Below are positions 12,000 to 23,659 of a stretch of DNA of 64,000 nucleotides, one piece after another (positions within the stretch are counted from its first letter, which is position 1; the number at the start of each line of letters is the position of its first letter). Source of the DNA: Octopus sinensis (lineage: Eukaryota); contig NC_043000.1 of the NCBI RefSeq assembly GCF_006345805.1, positions 86,304,001-86,368,000 of the forward strand, read 5' to 3'. The translations under genes were made by a program, and so were the position numbers. The notes beneath the pieces are model-generated. The model was not told the DNA's origin. It ran no database searches and worked only from the letters and a program-made list of their open reading frames with translations.

Positions 12000-12997
12000 G
12001 ATGGCTTTCTTAGAGACATTTCCTCAGTCATACAGTCAGCCACTCTTACAAAAGTATCACAGCTAAGAATTCAGAGTACAAGTAGGGGTTCACCAAGGAT
12101 CAGTCCTCAGCTCCCTCCTGTTCATCATAGTCCTCCAGGCAATAATAGAAAAATTTAAGATGGGCTGCCCCTGGGAGTTCCTCTATGCCGATGACCTTGT
12201 TCTTATAGCTGAATCACTACCAGAACTAGAGAAGTTTCAGGTGTGGAAGCAAGGTCTAGAATTGAAGGGCCTTGGAGTTAACCTAGCAAAAACCAAAGTC
12301 TTAGTAAGAAGGCAGACAAATCACAAATCCCTTCAGGTAGGTGGCCCTGCTTGATTTGTAGAAAAAAGTAGAAACTCCATAATATGTACCCGGTGTAAGC
12401 TTTGGGCACATAAGAGGTGCAACAATATCAGAGGAAGATTAACAGGGAAAATAGCTTTTGTGTGTGGAAGATGCACAAGTACAATAAACACCAAAAATGT
12501 ACAGAAAATGGACTCCATCAACTACCAGTGGAGTAAGCTAGAGGTAGCAGATAGCTTCCATTTCTAGGTAACCAAATTAGTAGCAGAGGTGGATGCTCAA
12601 GAGCATAGCTGTGAGAATAAGTTCAGAGAGATCTTACCTCTGCTGGAAACAAAGGGCCTCTCTCTCAGAGTGAAAGGCAGATTGTATGATGCTTGTGTGC
12701 ATACAGCTCTGCTTCATGGCAGTGAAACATGGGCTGTGACTGAGACTTTTGGCATTATGTCATGCTTAAGAAGAAAACCCATCAAGCCAAGCAAAATTGC
12801 AGTCATGGCAGATACTATTGTCACATAAGAGCATTTATTACACTCTTGGAGTGGTTGGCATAGAAGCTATACCAATTCAGACTGGAGTCTGGTGCAGCCT
12901 TCCAGCTTACCAGCCCCAGTCAAACTGTCCAACCCATGCCAGCAAGGACAAAGGACGTTAAATGATGATGACGATGATGATGATGATGATGATGATG
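12000..12997 (+). mobile_element. 5'-truncated, internally deleted RTE LINE (family 1)
   Basis: GVHQGSVLSSLLFII, GCPWEFLYADDLVL (YADD), Cys-rich module, LPLLETKGLSLRVKGRLYDACV; ends CCAACCCATGCCAGC..GGACGTTAAA(TGA)n. Confidence 0.92.
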
Positions 12998-13409
12998 GAA
13001 GATCATGGAAGGTCTAGCTTCCAACTTTGGGATTGAAAACTATACCAGCTACTGAACTGGGTGCCACACCATTGTACCAAAGATCCTATCCTCTCCATTT
13101 TGAGTATGAACCCAGTACTGTAACAGTTTAGGTTTCAAGGGCTGACAACATTTCAGCGCTCTGCCAAAAAACTTCTGAGAATTGTGAGGTGTAGTTGTAG
13201 ATGTTTTTTGAAAAACATTTGAACAAATTTTAATCCACGATACCAGATGAACTCATTTCACTGCAGGAAACACAAAGAGCAGCTGTGTCCAACTTCACCG
13301 TAAAACAATTTTGAAAAGTTTGGAGGTGAATGTGAAACAAAAAACAGTCACACTAAAGGTGGTGCCCCAGCATAGCCTCAACCTCTAGCTGAAACTTGTA
13401 AATGCAACA

Positions 13410-13454
<45 letters not shown>

Positions 13455-13558
13455 CTTAGCATTGAATCAAGCAGTATCTTGTGAGTTGGTAGGCTTAAAT
13501 TGTGTATAAGCTCACCACAAATACACATATATATGCACATGTGTGCATATGTGTATAT

Positions 13559-13720
13559 TGGCAGGAGCATGGCTATGTGGTTAAGAAGTTTGCTCCCCAA
13601 CCATGTGATCTTGGGTTCATTCCAACTGTACAACATCTCGGATAATTGCCTTCTACTGTATTCCTAGGATGACCAAAGTCTCATTAGGTTTAGTAGACAG
13701 AAATTGAAAGACGCTGTCCT
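13559..13720 (+). mobile_element. 5' half of tRNA-derived SINE (family A), diverged
   Basis: GGCAGGAGCATGGCTATGTGGTTAAGAAG head, similar to the other copies. Confidence 0.7.
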
Positions 13721-13728
13721 GTATTATA

Positions 13729-15030
13729 TTTCTCCCGGCTCCTCCAAAATACTTTTTACAATGGACATCCAGAGCCTCTATACCATCATCCCTCACCACG
13801 AAGGACTGCGGGCACTTCAATACTTTCTCAACCTCTGCCCCAACCCCTAACCCGACACCTCCACACTCATTCGTCGGGCCAAACTTGTCCTTTCTCTTAA
13901 CTGCTTCTCGTTCGCGGCGAGTTCTACCAACATGTCTCGAGAGTGGCCATGGGAACGCGAATGGGCCCCAACTATGCGAACCTGTTCATTGGCTATGTTG
14001 AGGCCCAAATATTCTCTAGTTTCACTGGTCCCACTCTCGAACTATACGGTCGTTACATTGACGACATTATCAGTGCCACCTCACTCTCCCGTGAACATCT
14101 AGATTCCTTCCTCTCTTTCGTTCAAACCTTCCATCCTGCCCTCCACTTCACCTCCACTATCTCCAACACCTCTGTCTCCTTCCTTGACATTTCAATCAGC
14201 ATTCATCACTCCACTCTTACCACCCCCATTCACTACAAACACACCAAGCTTTCCATCCCCTATTCCCAATTCCTCCGTCTATGTAGGCTCTGTAGTGATG
14301 ACCATGACTTTGAGACTCAGTCTCAACTCATGGCTCGCCACTTCATCCTACATGGATACCTTCTCACCACTCTCCACACCGCCCTTGCCAGAGCACGTTC
14401 CGTAGACCGTGCATCTGCTCTCTCCCCACGAACCCACCCTGTAGTCTCCTGCCTCCCTTTTCTCCTCACTTACCACCCCACGACCCTACCTCTCCAGCGC
14501 ACCATTCTTCGAGCTTTCCGGCATCTCCAGTCCGACCCGTCCACTTCACACTTCTTCCCTAACCGACCCCTCCCCTCCTTCAAATGAGCCCTCTTGGTCC
14601 ACAGCTCCTTCCCTGACCCTACCTCCCAACCTGGCTCGTTCCCCTGCTCCTGCCCATGTTGCCGCACTTGCCCTTATCTCTCCAACACCACCCTCCTCAC
14701 CGGCACCCATCATCAACCCTATCACATCATTGACTCCTTCACCTGCACCTCCAGCAATATCATCTATTGCATCTCCTGCTCTCTCTGCCATTCCCTGTAC
14801 ATTGGACAAACAGGACGCCGCTTGGCTGACCGGTTCGCGGAACACCTCCATGACATCTGCCTTGCCAACGACACACCGGTCTCATGCCATTTCCGCTCCA
14901 CCGGTCACTCCTTGCAACACCTGTCTGTGTTCGAATTGTCCTTGCACAGAGGCCATCCGGATTCCCGTTTGAGCCGTGAAGAGGAATTAATCTTCTCTCT
15001 TCGCTCTTTCACGCCATTTGGTCTCAACTC
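13729..15030 (+). mobile_element. Penelope-like element (PLE), 5'-truncated and disrupted: RT + GIY-YIG endonuclease
   Basis: FTMDIQSLYTIIP, AMGTRMGPNYANLFIGYVE, GRYIDDI, SIPYSQFLRL; Cys linker FPCSCPCCRTCP; GIY-YIG FTCTSSNIIYCISCSLCHSLYIGQTGRRLADRFAEH...FGLN. Stops, frameshifts and a deletion after HYKH are present. Confidence 0.95.
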
Positions 15031-15034
15031 TCCC

Positions 15035-15425
15035 CCTTCTCATCTAACCTCCCCCCCTATCATCCTACTTCTCTTCAGTCCTTCATCTTTTCACCCCACT
15101 CTCTTTCCCTCCTCTTCTTCTTTCCTCTTTCTTCTTCTCTCTTTCTCTCTGCTCCCTCACTCCCCTTCTCTCCCCCTCCCCTCCCCTCCTCCTTTCCCAT
15201 CCCCTTCCTCTTCTCCTCTCCTTCCCTCTCCCCTCTCCTTTCTTCTTCCCCCTTCCCTCTCTCCTCTCCCCTCCTTCCTTCTTTCCCCCTCACCCCCTCA
15301 TCTCATCTCTCCTCCCCTCTCCCCCTCATCTCCTCTCTCCCCTCCCCCTCATCTCTCTTCCCTCCTCCACTCCTCCCTCTCTTTCACTCTCCCCACAACC
15401 ACCACTCTACCCCAACCCCCAGCCG
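15035..15425. repeat. Long CT-rich low-complexity tract directly after the PLE ORF
   Basis: Almost purely pyrimidine on the + strand. Confidence 0.9.
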
Positions 15426-15737
15426 AACCCACACCCCACATGGGCTTTCCCCACCTCCCACTACACTACACTACACCATACGACACTACACTACACCATA
15501 CGACATTACACATCACATCATACATACACACGTCCAGATCTTTCATACGCACATACATACTCTCTCATACACACACGCACACTTACGTTGGGGTGAGGTC
15601 ATTTGACCTTGCTATCTCCCCTACTATCCCTCTTGCGTCTAATGTCTGATCTCTGACTTCTGGCCGAAATCAGACCGCCATGTTGAATCGTTAGCTCCTG
15701 CACGCATTTTTTTCTCTCCTTGTTTCTTTTCTGTGTA

Positions 15738-15775
15738 TCTTTCTGTTGAAGAGCATAGGCTCGAAACATAAAAGA
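15738..15775 (+). ncRNA. Minimal type I hammerhead-like motif, mutated core
   Basis: TCTTT-CTGTTGA-A-GAGC(ATAG)GCTC-GAAAC-ATA-AAAGA: stem I 5 bp, stem II 4 bp; A6 and the stem III G are mutated. Confidence 0.6.
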
Positions 15776-15878
15776 CTTGTTTTATTTCTATTCCTGAGCG
15801 CCATACTAATACAATTGTTTGTTTGTACCCCACCTGCCTTCGTCTTTTGTTTATTTTCGTAAAGCTTCCTGTTATATA

Positions 15879-16083
15879 TAAAACATTATTGGTGAATTGA
15901 AGAAATGGAGCTGAACGCAGATTGAACAGAATCGTTTTATTTCATTCTACACGTGTTTCGAAAGGCACAAATTACCAAAATCCGATTGATTTGTGCCTTT
16001 CGAAACACGTGTAGAATGAAATAAAACGATTTCTGTTCAATCTGCGTTCAGCTCCATTTCTTCAATTCACCAATAATGTTTTA
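15879..16083. repeat. Fold-back with about 94-bp arms and 16-nt spacer, containing the 3' half of a hammerhead
   Basis: Arms differ by a single 1-nt indel; the right arm contains C-GAAAC-ACGT-GTA-GAATG at 16001-16018. Confidence 0.9.
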
Positions 16084-16229
16084 ATTTCAATTATCCGCAC
16101 CAACGCACGGTTCCAACGCCAGATGGTTGTACCTCCAACCGTGCTGTTTACTGCTGTGATTTTTGCTACTAAGGTATCGGTTAAACTTTTGATTAATCTA
16201 CTACAAGATTATTCATCTTTCTATTTCAC

Positions 16230-16286
<57 letters not shown>

Positions 16287-17817
16287 GTAAGTATATCTGT
16301 TTATGCATGTGTGTGTGTGTCTGTCTTGACATCATGTGATGATAGTAAATGAACATTACCATTATACAGACAACGTTGTTCAATTCCAGTCTTCTATGAA
16401 TAACATGTCTGAGGAAATATTACCTTACTTAGAAACAGGTTAAGGTTGGCTACAGAAAAGATAGAGAAACAGACAAGCATAAAAGTAAATGTATTACACA
16501 CATACGCATATAGGATTTCAAAATATATTCATCCTAGTTGTTATAGTTGTTATTGTTGTATAGTTTGTATTATGTTGCACACACAGTACCAAACAAAAAT
16601 CAGCCAACTTTGATAATCATGTATGTCTTTAGTGTTTCATATTAAATGCATCATATTATGTCTTAGGTGCATCATATTATGTCCCAGTGTTAATAGCATT
16701 CCAAAATATTGTTGACTCAATTAACAAATGCTTTGTAATACTCAGTTTGCACATTATTTTCATTGTCATCACCATCACTGCCACCACTATCCCCCACCCC
16801 ACCCCATCAGCAACCTTTACTACCCCCATCGCCAAAAACAACTACTCCAACCAACATTCCACACCAACCACTACTACCCCTCTGCAAACACACACACACA
16901 CACACTATCAATGATTTTTGAAGCTCTCACAGTATCTATTCTAGTCTCATTAGATCAACATGGCTCCTTTTGTTAGAAATATTTCTTCAAACTGTCTATA
17001 TTGAAAGGAATATCTAATCTTTTGCAAACAACACTGAACCACTTCTCAGCTCTGCATGTTTTCTCTATTGTAATAACTTTCCAGGATATCAATAATTATT
17101 GATTTGTTATGAAGGCAAAAAGCCTTAGACTAGCAAACAAGGGGAAAAGGAATTATGTCAATTAATTAATATGATCATGCTTACAGCAGAGTACTAATTT
17201 ACAATTAGCTAGACTGGACAAGTTGGAAGTTAAGCGTCTTGACCATGGATGCAATATAATAGCACTGATGCAATACAAATTATCAATTCTCTGGCCAATA
17301 TCTTGCTGATTCAACCAACTGTGACTTTCAGTGTACTCTAGCATGAAATAAGATTAAAAAGAACAAAGAAAATATGATAAGAAATAACAAAAACCTCTAA
17401 TAGTAAAAAGAGTGTTTGGCAATAGGCTAATGGTTGTCCATTAATGAAAACTCATTGATATGATTGCTTGCTTGTTATTTTGACACAAAATGTTCATTAA
17501 CATAAATCCCATTTGTAAAGTATCATTAATATTTCTGTCATGCCCTGTTAAGCACATGGCTAATTAGATATTTATTCATAGGATAAATCATAAGTGATGT
17601 AGAATGCAAACATATTTGCCATTACATAGACCCAATAAAAATGTTACAGCAAGGTTATAGCATGGACTACAGCATAGATATTTCTAACCACTGTGTAGGG
17701 GTACGCTTGTGTACAGCATCCGCAAATGTGTTGTGAATTTTTGAGGTTAGTTTCAAACGACCAGTATATTTAGAAGTTGTTAATATTTTTTATACCTGAC
17801 ACCAGTATGTCTGTATC

Positions 17818-17990
17818 AATGCTTCATGGATTTTTATGTACCACACCAGTGCCTCAGTACTTTTATGTACTACAACAGTGGCTTCAGGCATTTTTATGTA
17901 CCACAGCAATGCCTCAGTGATCTTATGCACTACATCTGTGCTTCAAGGATTTTTATGCACCGCAATAGTGTTTTTTATGCAGTGTTTTTC
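17818..17990. repeat. Degenerate about 30-bp tandem repeat with alternating A/B units (about 60-bp higher order)
   Basis: A units: GCTTCA.GGATTTTTATGTACCAC; B units: GCCTCAGT..YTTATGYACTACA; about 5.5 units. Confidence 0.8.
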
Positions 17991-18098
17991 TTGCATCATA
18001 CTAGTGTGTATTTCATTATGGCAAGTGATATACATATACCCATCCCTATTTTAAAAGAATTTAAATGCTAATTTCTTTACACAAATACAATACATGAT

Positions 18099-18325
18099 TT
18101 AACCTTTTCGTTACTGTATTTATTTTGAGATGCTCTGTGTTTCTTTCAATTACTTTAAATATAACAAATATTTAGTAAAATAACTTAGTTATCATTCAGC
18201 TAGTGTTAGGAACATAAATTGTGACTAAGGTTTGGTGGAAAATTTTAATTCAAAACTTATGAAAACAAGACATTTGTACTCAGAACCAGAGCTGGTTTCA
18301 GTCGGGTTGGTATCGAAAGGGTTAA
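18099..18325. mobile_element. TTAA-flanked MITE, piggyBac-like termini (copy 1)
   Basis: TTAA|CCTTTTCGTTAC ... GGTATCGAAAGGG|TTAA; closely related second copy at 27294-27520. Confidence 0.8.
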
Positions 18326-19366
18326 AAACATGATGATGGTGTCCTGTAACACTTTTAGTATCCTAACTATTATTTCATAGATCTAAAAATGGGGGTGAAA
18401 TTGTTTCTATAGCAAATGAAAAACCAATTGAATGTTTAGATTCGCCTTTTCAATATAACAAACATGAGTTGTTTGTTAATACTAGATACTGAACTCTGTT
18501 CTTCAGAGAAATAAAAAAGCTGAACTGATCTGAACATAGAACATGCCATAATATTTACTATTATTAATACAAATGTACCAATGAAGACTGGGTTGTTTTA
18601 TTCATTGGTTCTCATTGTTTTTGACAATGAGTTTATTGTCTGTTTATTCTTTCCACATCTTTTTAACTGCATCTAAACCTTGTATGTATGATTTCTAATG
18701 ATCTATTTTAATTTACAACTATACTCAGCTACTGAGGTAGAGTGTATTTACCAATACTGACTCCTTTTCCTCATAGCTTGTGGTTTAAATCATAAGTCTA
18801 GATAGGGATCAGCAGTGATCAACTGAATTATTTATTTTTAAGCTATTTTAAGAAAATAAAGGGCTATCTTCTGGAAAATGAAGACATGGTTAATGGGAGA
18901 TATTAATTGTGTCATCAGAATAATCTACCATAGAGCTTGTAATGTCTTCAATTTAGATTGGTAATCACATATTAAGACAGCTTCCAATGTTTATATCTTT
19001 TACGTTAAGTTTAATTGAAATTTATTATTTTGTCAGTGCATGCAAAGAGGCCATCTGTCCTGTGTATTGATCATGGAAATCAAGAGATGGAGATAGTTAC
19101 TTAAATGATAAGCTGTTTGTTTTGCTATAACTGGCAGTTGTGTTAAATGGTTGAATGACTTTGCTTGTTTATTGTTCTCTTTAAAAAATGTTAATTTGTC
19201 AAAGAGTCAAATTCTTATTAAAAAATTTTTAGAAGTTTTCTTGATTCTATCCCACTATTAAAACATTTTTTTTTCATTGTGTGAACTAGTCGTCACCTAA
19301 ATAAATTATTTGTCTGTGTGTCTCCTCCCCCATCTCTCTCTCTCTCTTTACACACGTGCAAACATG

Positions 19367-19520
19367 CATCATCATCATCGTTTAACGTCCGCTTTCCATG
19401 TCAGCATGGGTTGGACGGTTCAACTGAGGTCTGGGGGTCTGGGAAGCCCGAAGGCTGCACCAGGCCAGTCAGATCTGGCAGTGTTTCTACAGCTGGATGC
19501 CCTTCCTAACGCCAACCATA
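19367..19520 (-). mobile_element. RTE 3'-tail fragment / short non-autonomous derivative
   Basis: (CAT)n-CGTTTAACGTCCGCTTTCCATG..GGGTTGGACGG..CAGCTGGATGCCCTTCCTAACGCC. Confidence 0.85.
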
Positions 19521-19849
19521 TATCTATATAAATAGATTGCTTGATTGATAGATAGATGGTTGGATGGATAGATAGTGAAATACACACACTCACACACACA
19601 CGTGCACACACACACACACATACACACACACATATACACACACACACATGTAACACAAACACATTCATCTAAGATGCTGACTAATATCAACACACACACA
19701 CACACACACACACAAAGAATAAAAATTTCTTTTGTTAAAGTTGCATTGTAGGTAAAAAGCAGAAACTGCCAGCTCTTCTGATGGTGACTAAATCAATCAC
19801 ATTGTTGAGAATCTTCTATATCATCCAATATCTTAGCCTATATTAGAGT

Positions 19850-20520
19850 GAGGCAGTGAAGAGCTTTTGCCTGCTGACAATAACCAACTGGTCTCAACTG
19901 CCATGATTGTTTCCTGAGTAGCTTTCTTTAGCTGTTTAAGTTCCAAACTAAATTTTTTGCAGGAAATAGTGCACTGATTTCACTGGGAAACCAAGTAGCA
20001 ATCTTCAATTGTGACTGAGGCTGCATGCCATCCATTGACAAGAACCTCATCAACCAACTCCTGATATGTGGCATTCTTTAGTTGCTAAGAAATATTTAGC
20101 CTGTCCTCTCAGGGCACAGTGAATTCAGCACTATGATCATTTTTGTTCTCCTGGATATAAGAACCACAACTATTTTGGAAGTTACGACTGCCTCTCCTGG
20201 GAAGATAAATCAACCCTTCAGATTCATTTGCATCTCCCAATCAATCATAGACTTGGTAAAAAAAAAAGGCTGGCCAGCCACACCTACTCTTAGGAGACTT
20301 ATCACATCCTCTAAGGAATCTAATGCTTTTGAGTGGTGATGCCTGCAATTTGTTGAGCTTAACTCTCCACAGGTCCATCTACTAGGCAATTTCTCTAAGG
20401 ATCTTGTCATGCTTCCGTTATTTTCAGCCTTCTCCAAATACCTAGTTAAGGTTGCTTCAAAGTGTCTGGAGGGCTAGTCCTTTTCATTGGCCATCAACTC
20501 TCAAATGATCACCTGGTACT
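19850..20520 (-). mobile_element. Decayed HERO/NeSL-like non-LTR retrotransposon 3' fragment with restriction-like endonuclease (RLE) motifs
   Basis: Minus-strand translation across frameshifts gives RKHDKILREIA (RHD motif), VVLISRRTKMII, AEFTVP*EDRLNIS*QLKNATYQELVDE, GWHAASVTIE, resembling the ELTVPWE..K..KY..L...GW....EVG signature. Confidence 0.75.
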
Positions 20521-20539
20521 TCTAGTAAATTTCAGCTCC

Positions 20540-21135
20540 TTCACAGCTTCCTATATTTCTATCTATTTATTCTAATTTTATTTACACTACATTTTTAACG
20601 AGATAAATTTATTATAAACACTAAGTCCTACATATTAAGTTTAAAGATTTAGTTAACGGAATATATTTGATAAGATATTTCGTGTTTTTGCTTTAAGATA
20701 TATTGTTGAATTTTGCTCGATTTTTTTATTGAAAAATTACGTATTTTTATATATATTTATATTTTCTTATAAGATAAAATACGAAAATTATTTAATTATT
20801 TTATTGTTTTTATCTTGGACCTGATGAGTGACTATATTTAAATTGAATTGATTTTACTGTTATCAATTTGAAAATATAGCCACGAAACATGTGTAGTCTA
20901 TTTAATAATTATATACTATTTATTTATTATTTCATACTTTATTTAGTTGTAGGTAAATGTTTTATCATATCTTTAATTTTTTTCTATATGGTATGTTTAA
21001 GTATATCATTGTTGAATTACTATATGGCGGTTCTTCTCTAATTTATATACATGTATTATATATAGTGAAATTTGATTTAGTATTACTAAATTGAATTTTT
21101 CCCTGTAAGTTTGGAATGATATTCCCTAATATACA
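20540..21135 (+). mobile_element. AT-rich PLE-derived terminal (pseudo-LTR-like) fragment carrying a hammerhead
   Basis: Contains the 20815 hammerhead and ends at (TA)n; its 3' end recurs inverted at about 41168-41235. Confidence 0.55.
20815..20900 (+). ncRNA. Type I hammerhead ribozyme with fully canonical core
   Basis: TGGAC / CTGATGA / stem II GTGACTATATTT:AAATATAGCCAC (11 of 12 bp) plus AAATTGA:TCAATTT / GAAAC-ATGT-GTA / GTCTA; predicted cleavage after GUA at 20895. Confidence 0.85.
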
Positions 21136-21299
21136 CATATATATATATATATTGATAAAAATGGTAAGACAACAAAAGAAAGAAAGAGACCTCGATATTA
21201 TGTAAATAGAGGAATTTATCTGTAAATGTAATATGTCACAATTATTTGGTAGCCATGATAAAACTCCGAGTTTTTTTCATAGCAATTTTCCAATGGCCA

Positions 21300-21360
21300 G
21301 ATAACTGAAGAGATGGTAGCATGGATTTTCACCCCGGCATCCGAAACTCGGAGTTTTATC
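21300..21360 (+). ncRNA. Type I hammerhead motif inside a fold-back
   Basis: GATAA / CTGAAGA / GATG..CATC (one unpaired C) / GAAAC-TCGGA-GTT / TTATC; stem I 5 bp. Confidence 0.65.
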
Positions 21361-21390
21361 ATAGCTACCAAATAATTGGTATATATATAT

Positions 21391-23315
21391 AGCAGGGAAT
21401 AAACAGCTTTTCACCAATGCTCACAATCACTGTAGGGCTGTCATTTCTGATACTAAATCAGACAATGAGCAGCACATTCATGATGGTATATCATCCCAGA
21501 AAGTAGGCTCTTGTGACTTCTGGAGAATTATTAAAAGTGTTAGGGGTAACAGTAAGTCTTCTATTCCTCCGTTATTCAATGGACCTGAGGTCATGATAAC
21601 ATCTAATGATAAAGCAGAGCTCTTTGCTCAACTGTCTAGTTCTCACTCTATTCTTGATGACTCTGGTCATTCACTTCCTGATGTTTTTCTCAAAACTGAT
21701 AAACTGTTACACAGTTGTCATGTTACTACTAAATTTGTGGCCATTGTGACACGGCTGGATCCATGTAAAGCAACTGGACCTGATGGTATTCTAGTCATTG
21801 TTCTTCAGAAGTGCTCTCCAGAGTAGTCTTCTGTCTTATCTAGGTTCTTCGGAAAGAGTATCTCAGAATCTTGTTTTCTTTCTTTATGGAAATTCCTAAC
21901 TGTTGTTTCTGTCTTTAAGAACTGTGGTAATCAATCTAATCCTCGTAATTATAGGCCAATTAGTATACTACCAATCATCAGTAAGGTTTTTGAGTCCTTG
22001 ATTAATGAATCTCTTCTTGTAAAATATCTTGACTCAAATAATTTATTTTCTGATTCTCGATATGGTTTCCATGCCAGATGGTCTACTTCTGATCTTCTCA
22101 CTGTTATATCCGAGCATGCTTATCATGTCTTGAATGTATCTGGTGAAGCTAGGGCAGTTGCTCTTGATATCTCTAAGGCATTCAATAGGTTTTGGCATGC
22201 TGGACTTCTATGAAAGCTCCAATCCATTGGTGTGTCAGGTTTCATGCTGAACATCATCTCTTTCCTTTATGATTATAGGATCAAGGTTGTTCTTGATGGT
22301 CAATCCTCATCCAGTTATTCTATTAATGATGGGGTTCCTCAAGGATCTGTCAGGGGCCCAACTCTCTTTCTTCTTTTTATTAATGATCTACCTGATCATC
22401 TCTTCTGTCAGCTAGTAATCTATGTTGATGACTCTACATTGTACTCTTGTTTGGACAAATCTGACAACTTGTCTGATAAGGTTGAGATTGCTGCTAACCT
22501 TGAGAATGATCTTTAATCTATTGTTGAATAGGGTAGAAAATGGCTTGTAATGTTCAGTCCAGCAAAAACTAAAATTCTTTCGATTAATTGCTTCAGACAT
22601 CCTTTCTTGGCATTGGTTTTGGTGGATGGTATTGACTTACCTAAGAGTCGTTCTCTTCACCTCCTAGGAGTGACTTTCTGCAATGATTTTTCTTGGAGGA
22701 TTTACATTGAATCTATTGCCAAATCAGATACAATGAAGGTAGGGTCACTCCTTCATTCAAGGAGTTATCTCACTCCTGAGACTATTCTTCACCTTTATAA
22801 GTCCGCCATTCACCCCTGCATTGAGTACTGTTATCACATATGGGCAGGTGATCCTGCAGATTGTTTAACTCTGTTGGACTGCATTCAATGCCATATTTGT
22901 AATGCTATTGGTCCTGATCTATCTTCTAAATTGGATTCACTCTCTCATCGTCATCATGTGGCTTCCTTGTATCTTGTCTCTAAGTATTTTCATGGACATT
23001 GTTCAGCTGAGCTCTCTTCTCTGATTCCTTCTTTAAGAACTTATCAGTGATCAACTAGACTTGCATCCAGTTCTCATCAGTATAATGTGCAATCCCCTAA
23101 GTGCCGTAAAGCACTTTACAGTACCAGTTTCTTCCCTTGTACCTCTGAACTTTGGAATTCATTTCCACAGTCTTGTTTTCTTCTTTAATATGACCTCCAG
23201 TCTTTTAAGTCTAATGTACATCATCACCTATTGAATTCTGTCTAGCACCAAATTTTATTCTAGTAGCACTTGCATTTTCAGTGGTCTAAGGACCTTGTAA
23301 CAAGTGAATGCTTTA
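21391..23315 (+). mobile_element. 5'-truncated CR1/L2-group LINE (RT pseudogene, about 1.9 kb)
   Basis: KATGPDGI, NYRPISILPIISKVFE, ALDISKAF, GVPQGSVRGPTLFLLFINDL, YVDDSTL, CIEYCYHIW; several in-frame stops; (TA)n on both flanks. Confidence 0.93.
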
Positions 23316-23447
23316 TATACATATGTATAATATATATATTATATATATATATATATATATAATATATATATATATATTATACGTATGTATAATGTATATG
23401 TATATATATATCATATACATATTATATATGTATGTATATATATATAC

Positions 23448-23484
<37 letters not shown>

Positions 23485-23488
<4 letters not shown>

Positions 23489-23602
23489 GAATGGAGTTGA
23501 ATGATGATTTAACAAAATTCCTTTATTCTCGACATATATTTCGAAGGCTGCATATTCCTAATTTCGAAGGAATAAGGGGTGCATTATGCCGCCTTCTCAC
23601 CA
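23485..23602 (-). ncRNA. Hammerhead-bearing PLE terminal fragment (minus copy), 5' core damaged
   Basis: Minus strand: TGGTGA / GAAGGC..GCCTTC stem II with internal ATTCCT:AGGAAT hairpin / GAAAT-ATAT-GTC / GAGAA; inverted copy of 24370-24475. Confidence 0.6.
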
Positions 23603-23659
23603 TTTTCTGCCCTTATCAAACGGAAAGGATATCCTTTCCGTTTGATAAGGGCAGAAAAT
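23602..23659. repeat. Perfect 58-bp palindrome (no spacer)
   Basis: ATTTTCTGCCCTTATCAAACGGAAAGGAT|ATCCTTTCCGTTTGATAAGGGCAGAAAAT. Confidence 0.95.

Noticed and set aside
11950-12120. Recombinant CR1-RTE chimera joined at the homologous QG motif
   Set aside because: The RTE begins about 100 bp before its own motif and CR1-like sequence resumes after it, so nested insertion is the simpler explanation.
14594-15649. 351-aa ORF as a novel GIY-YIG protein with a Pro/Ser/Leu tail
   Set aside because: The first about 145 aa are the PLE endonuclease; the rest is read-through into a CT low-complexity tract.
17818-17990. CRISPR-like array (also the 60-bp RTE UTR repeats)
   Set aside because: Units are contiguous and degenerate with no unique spacers; the context is eukaryotic and no cas genes are present.
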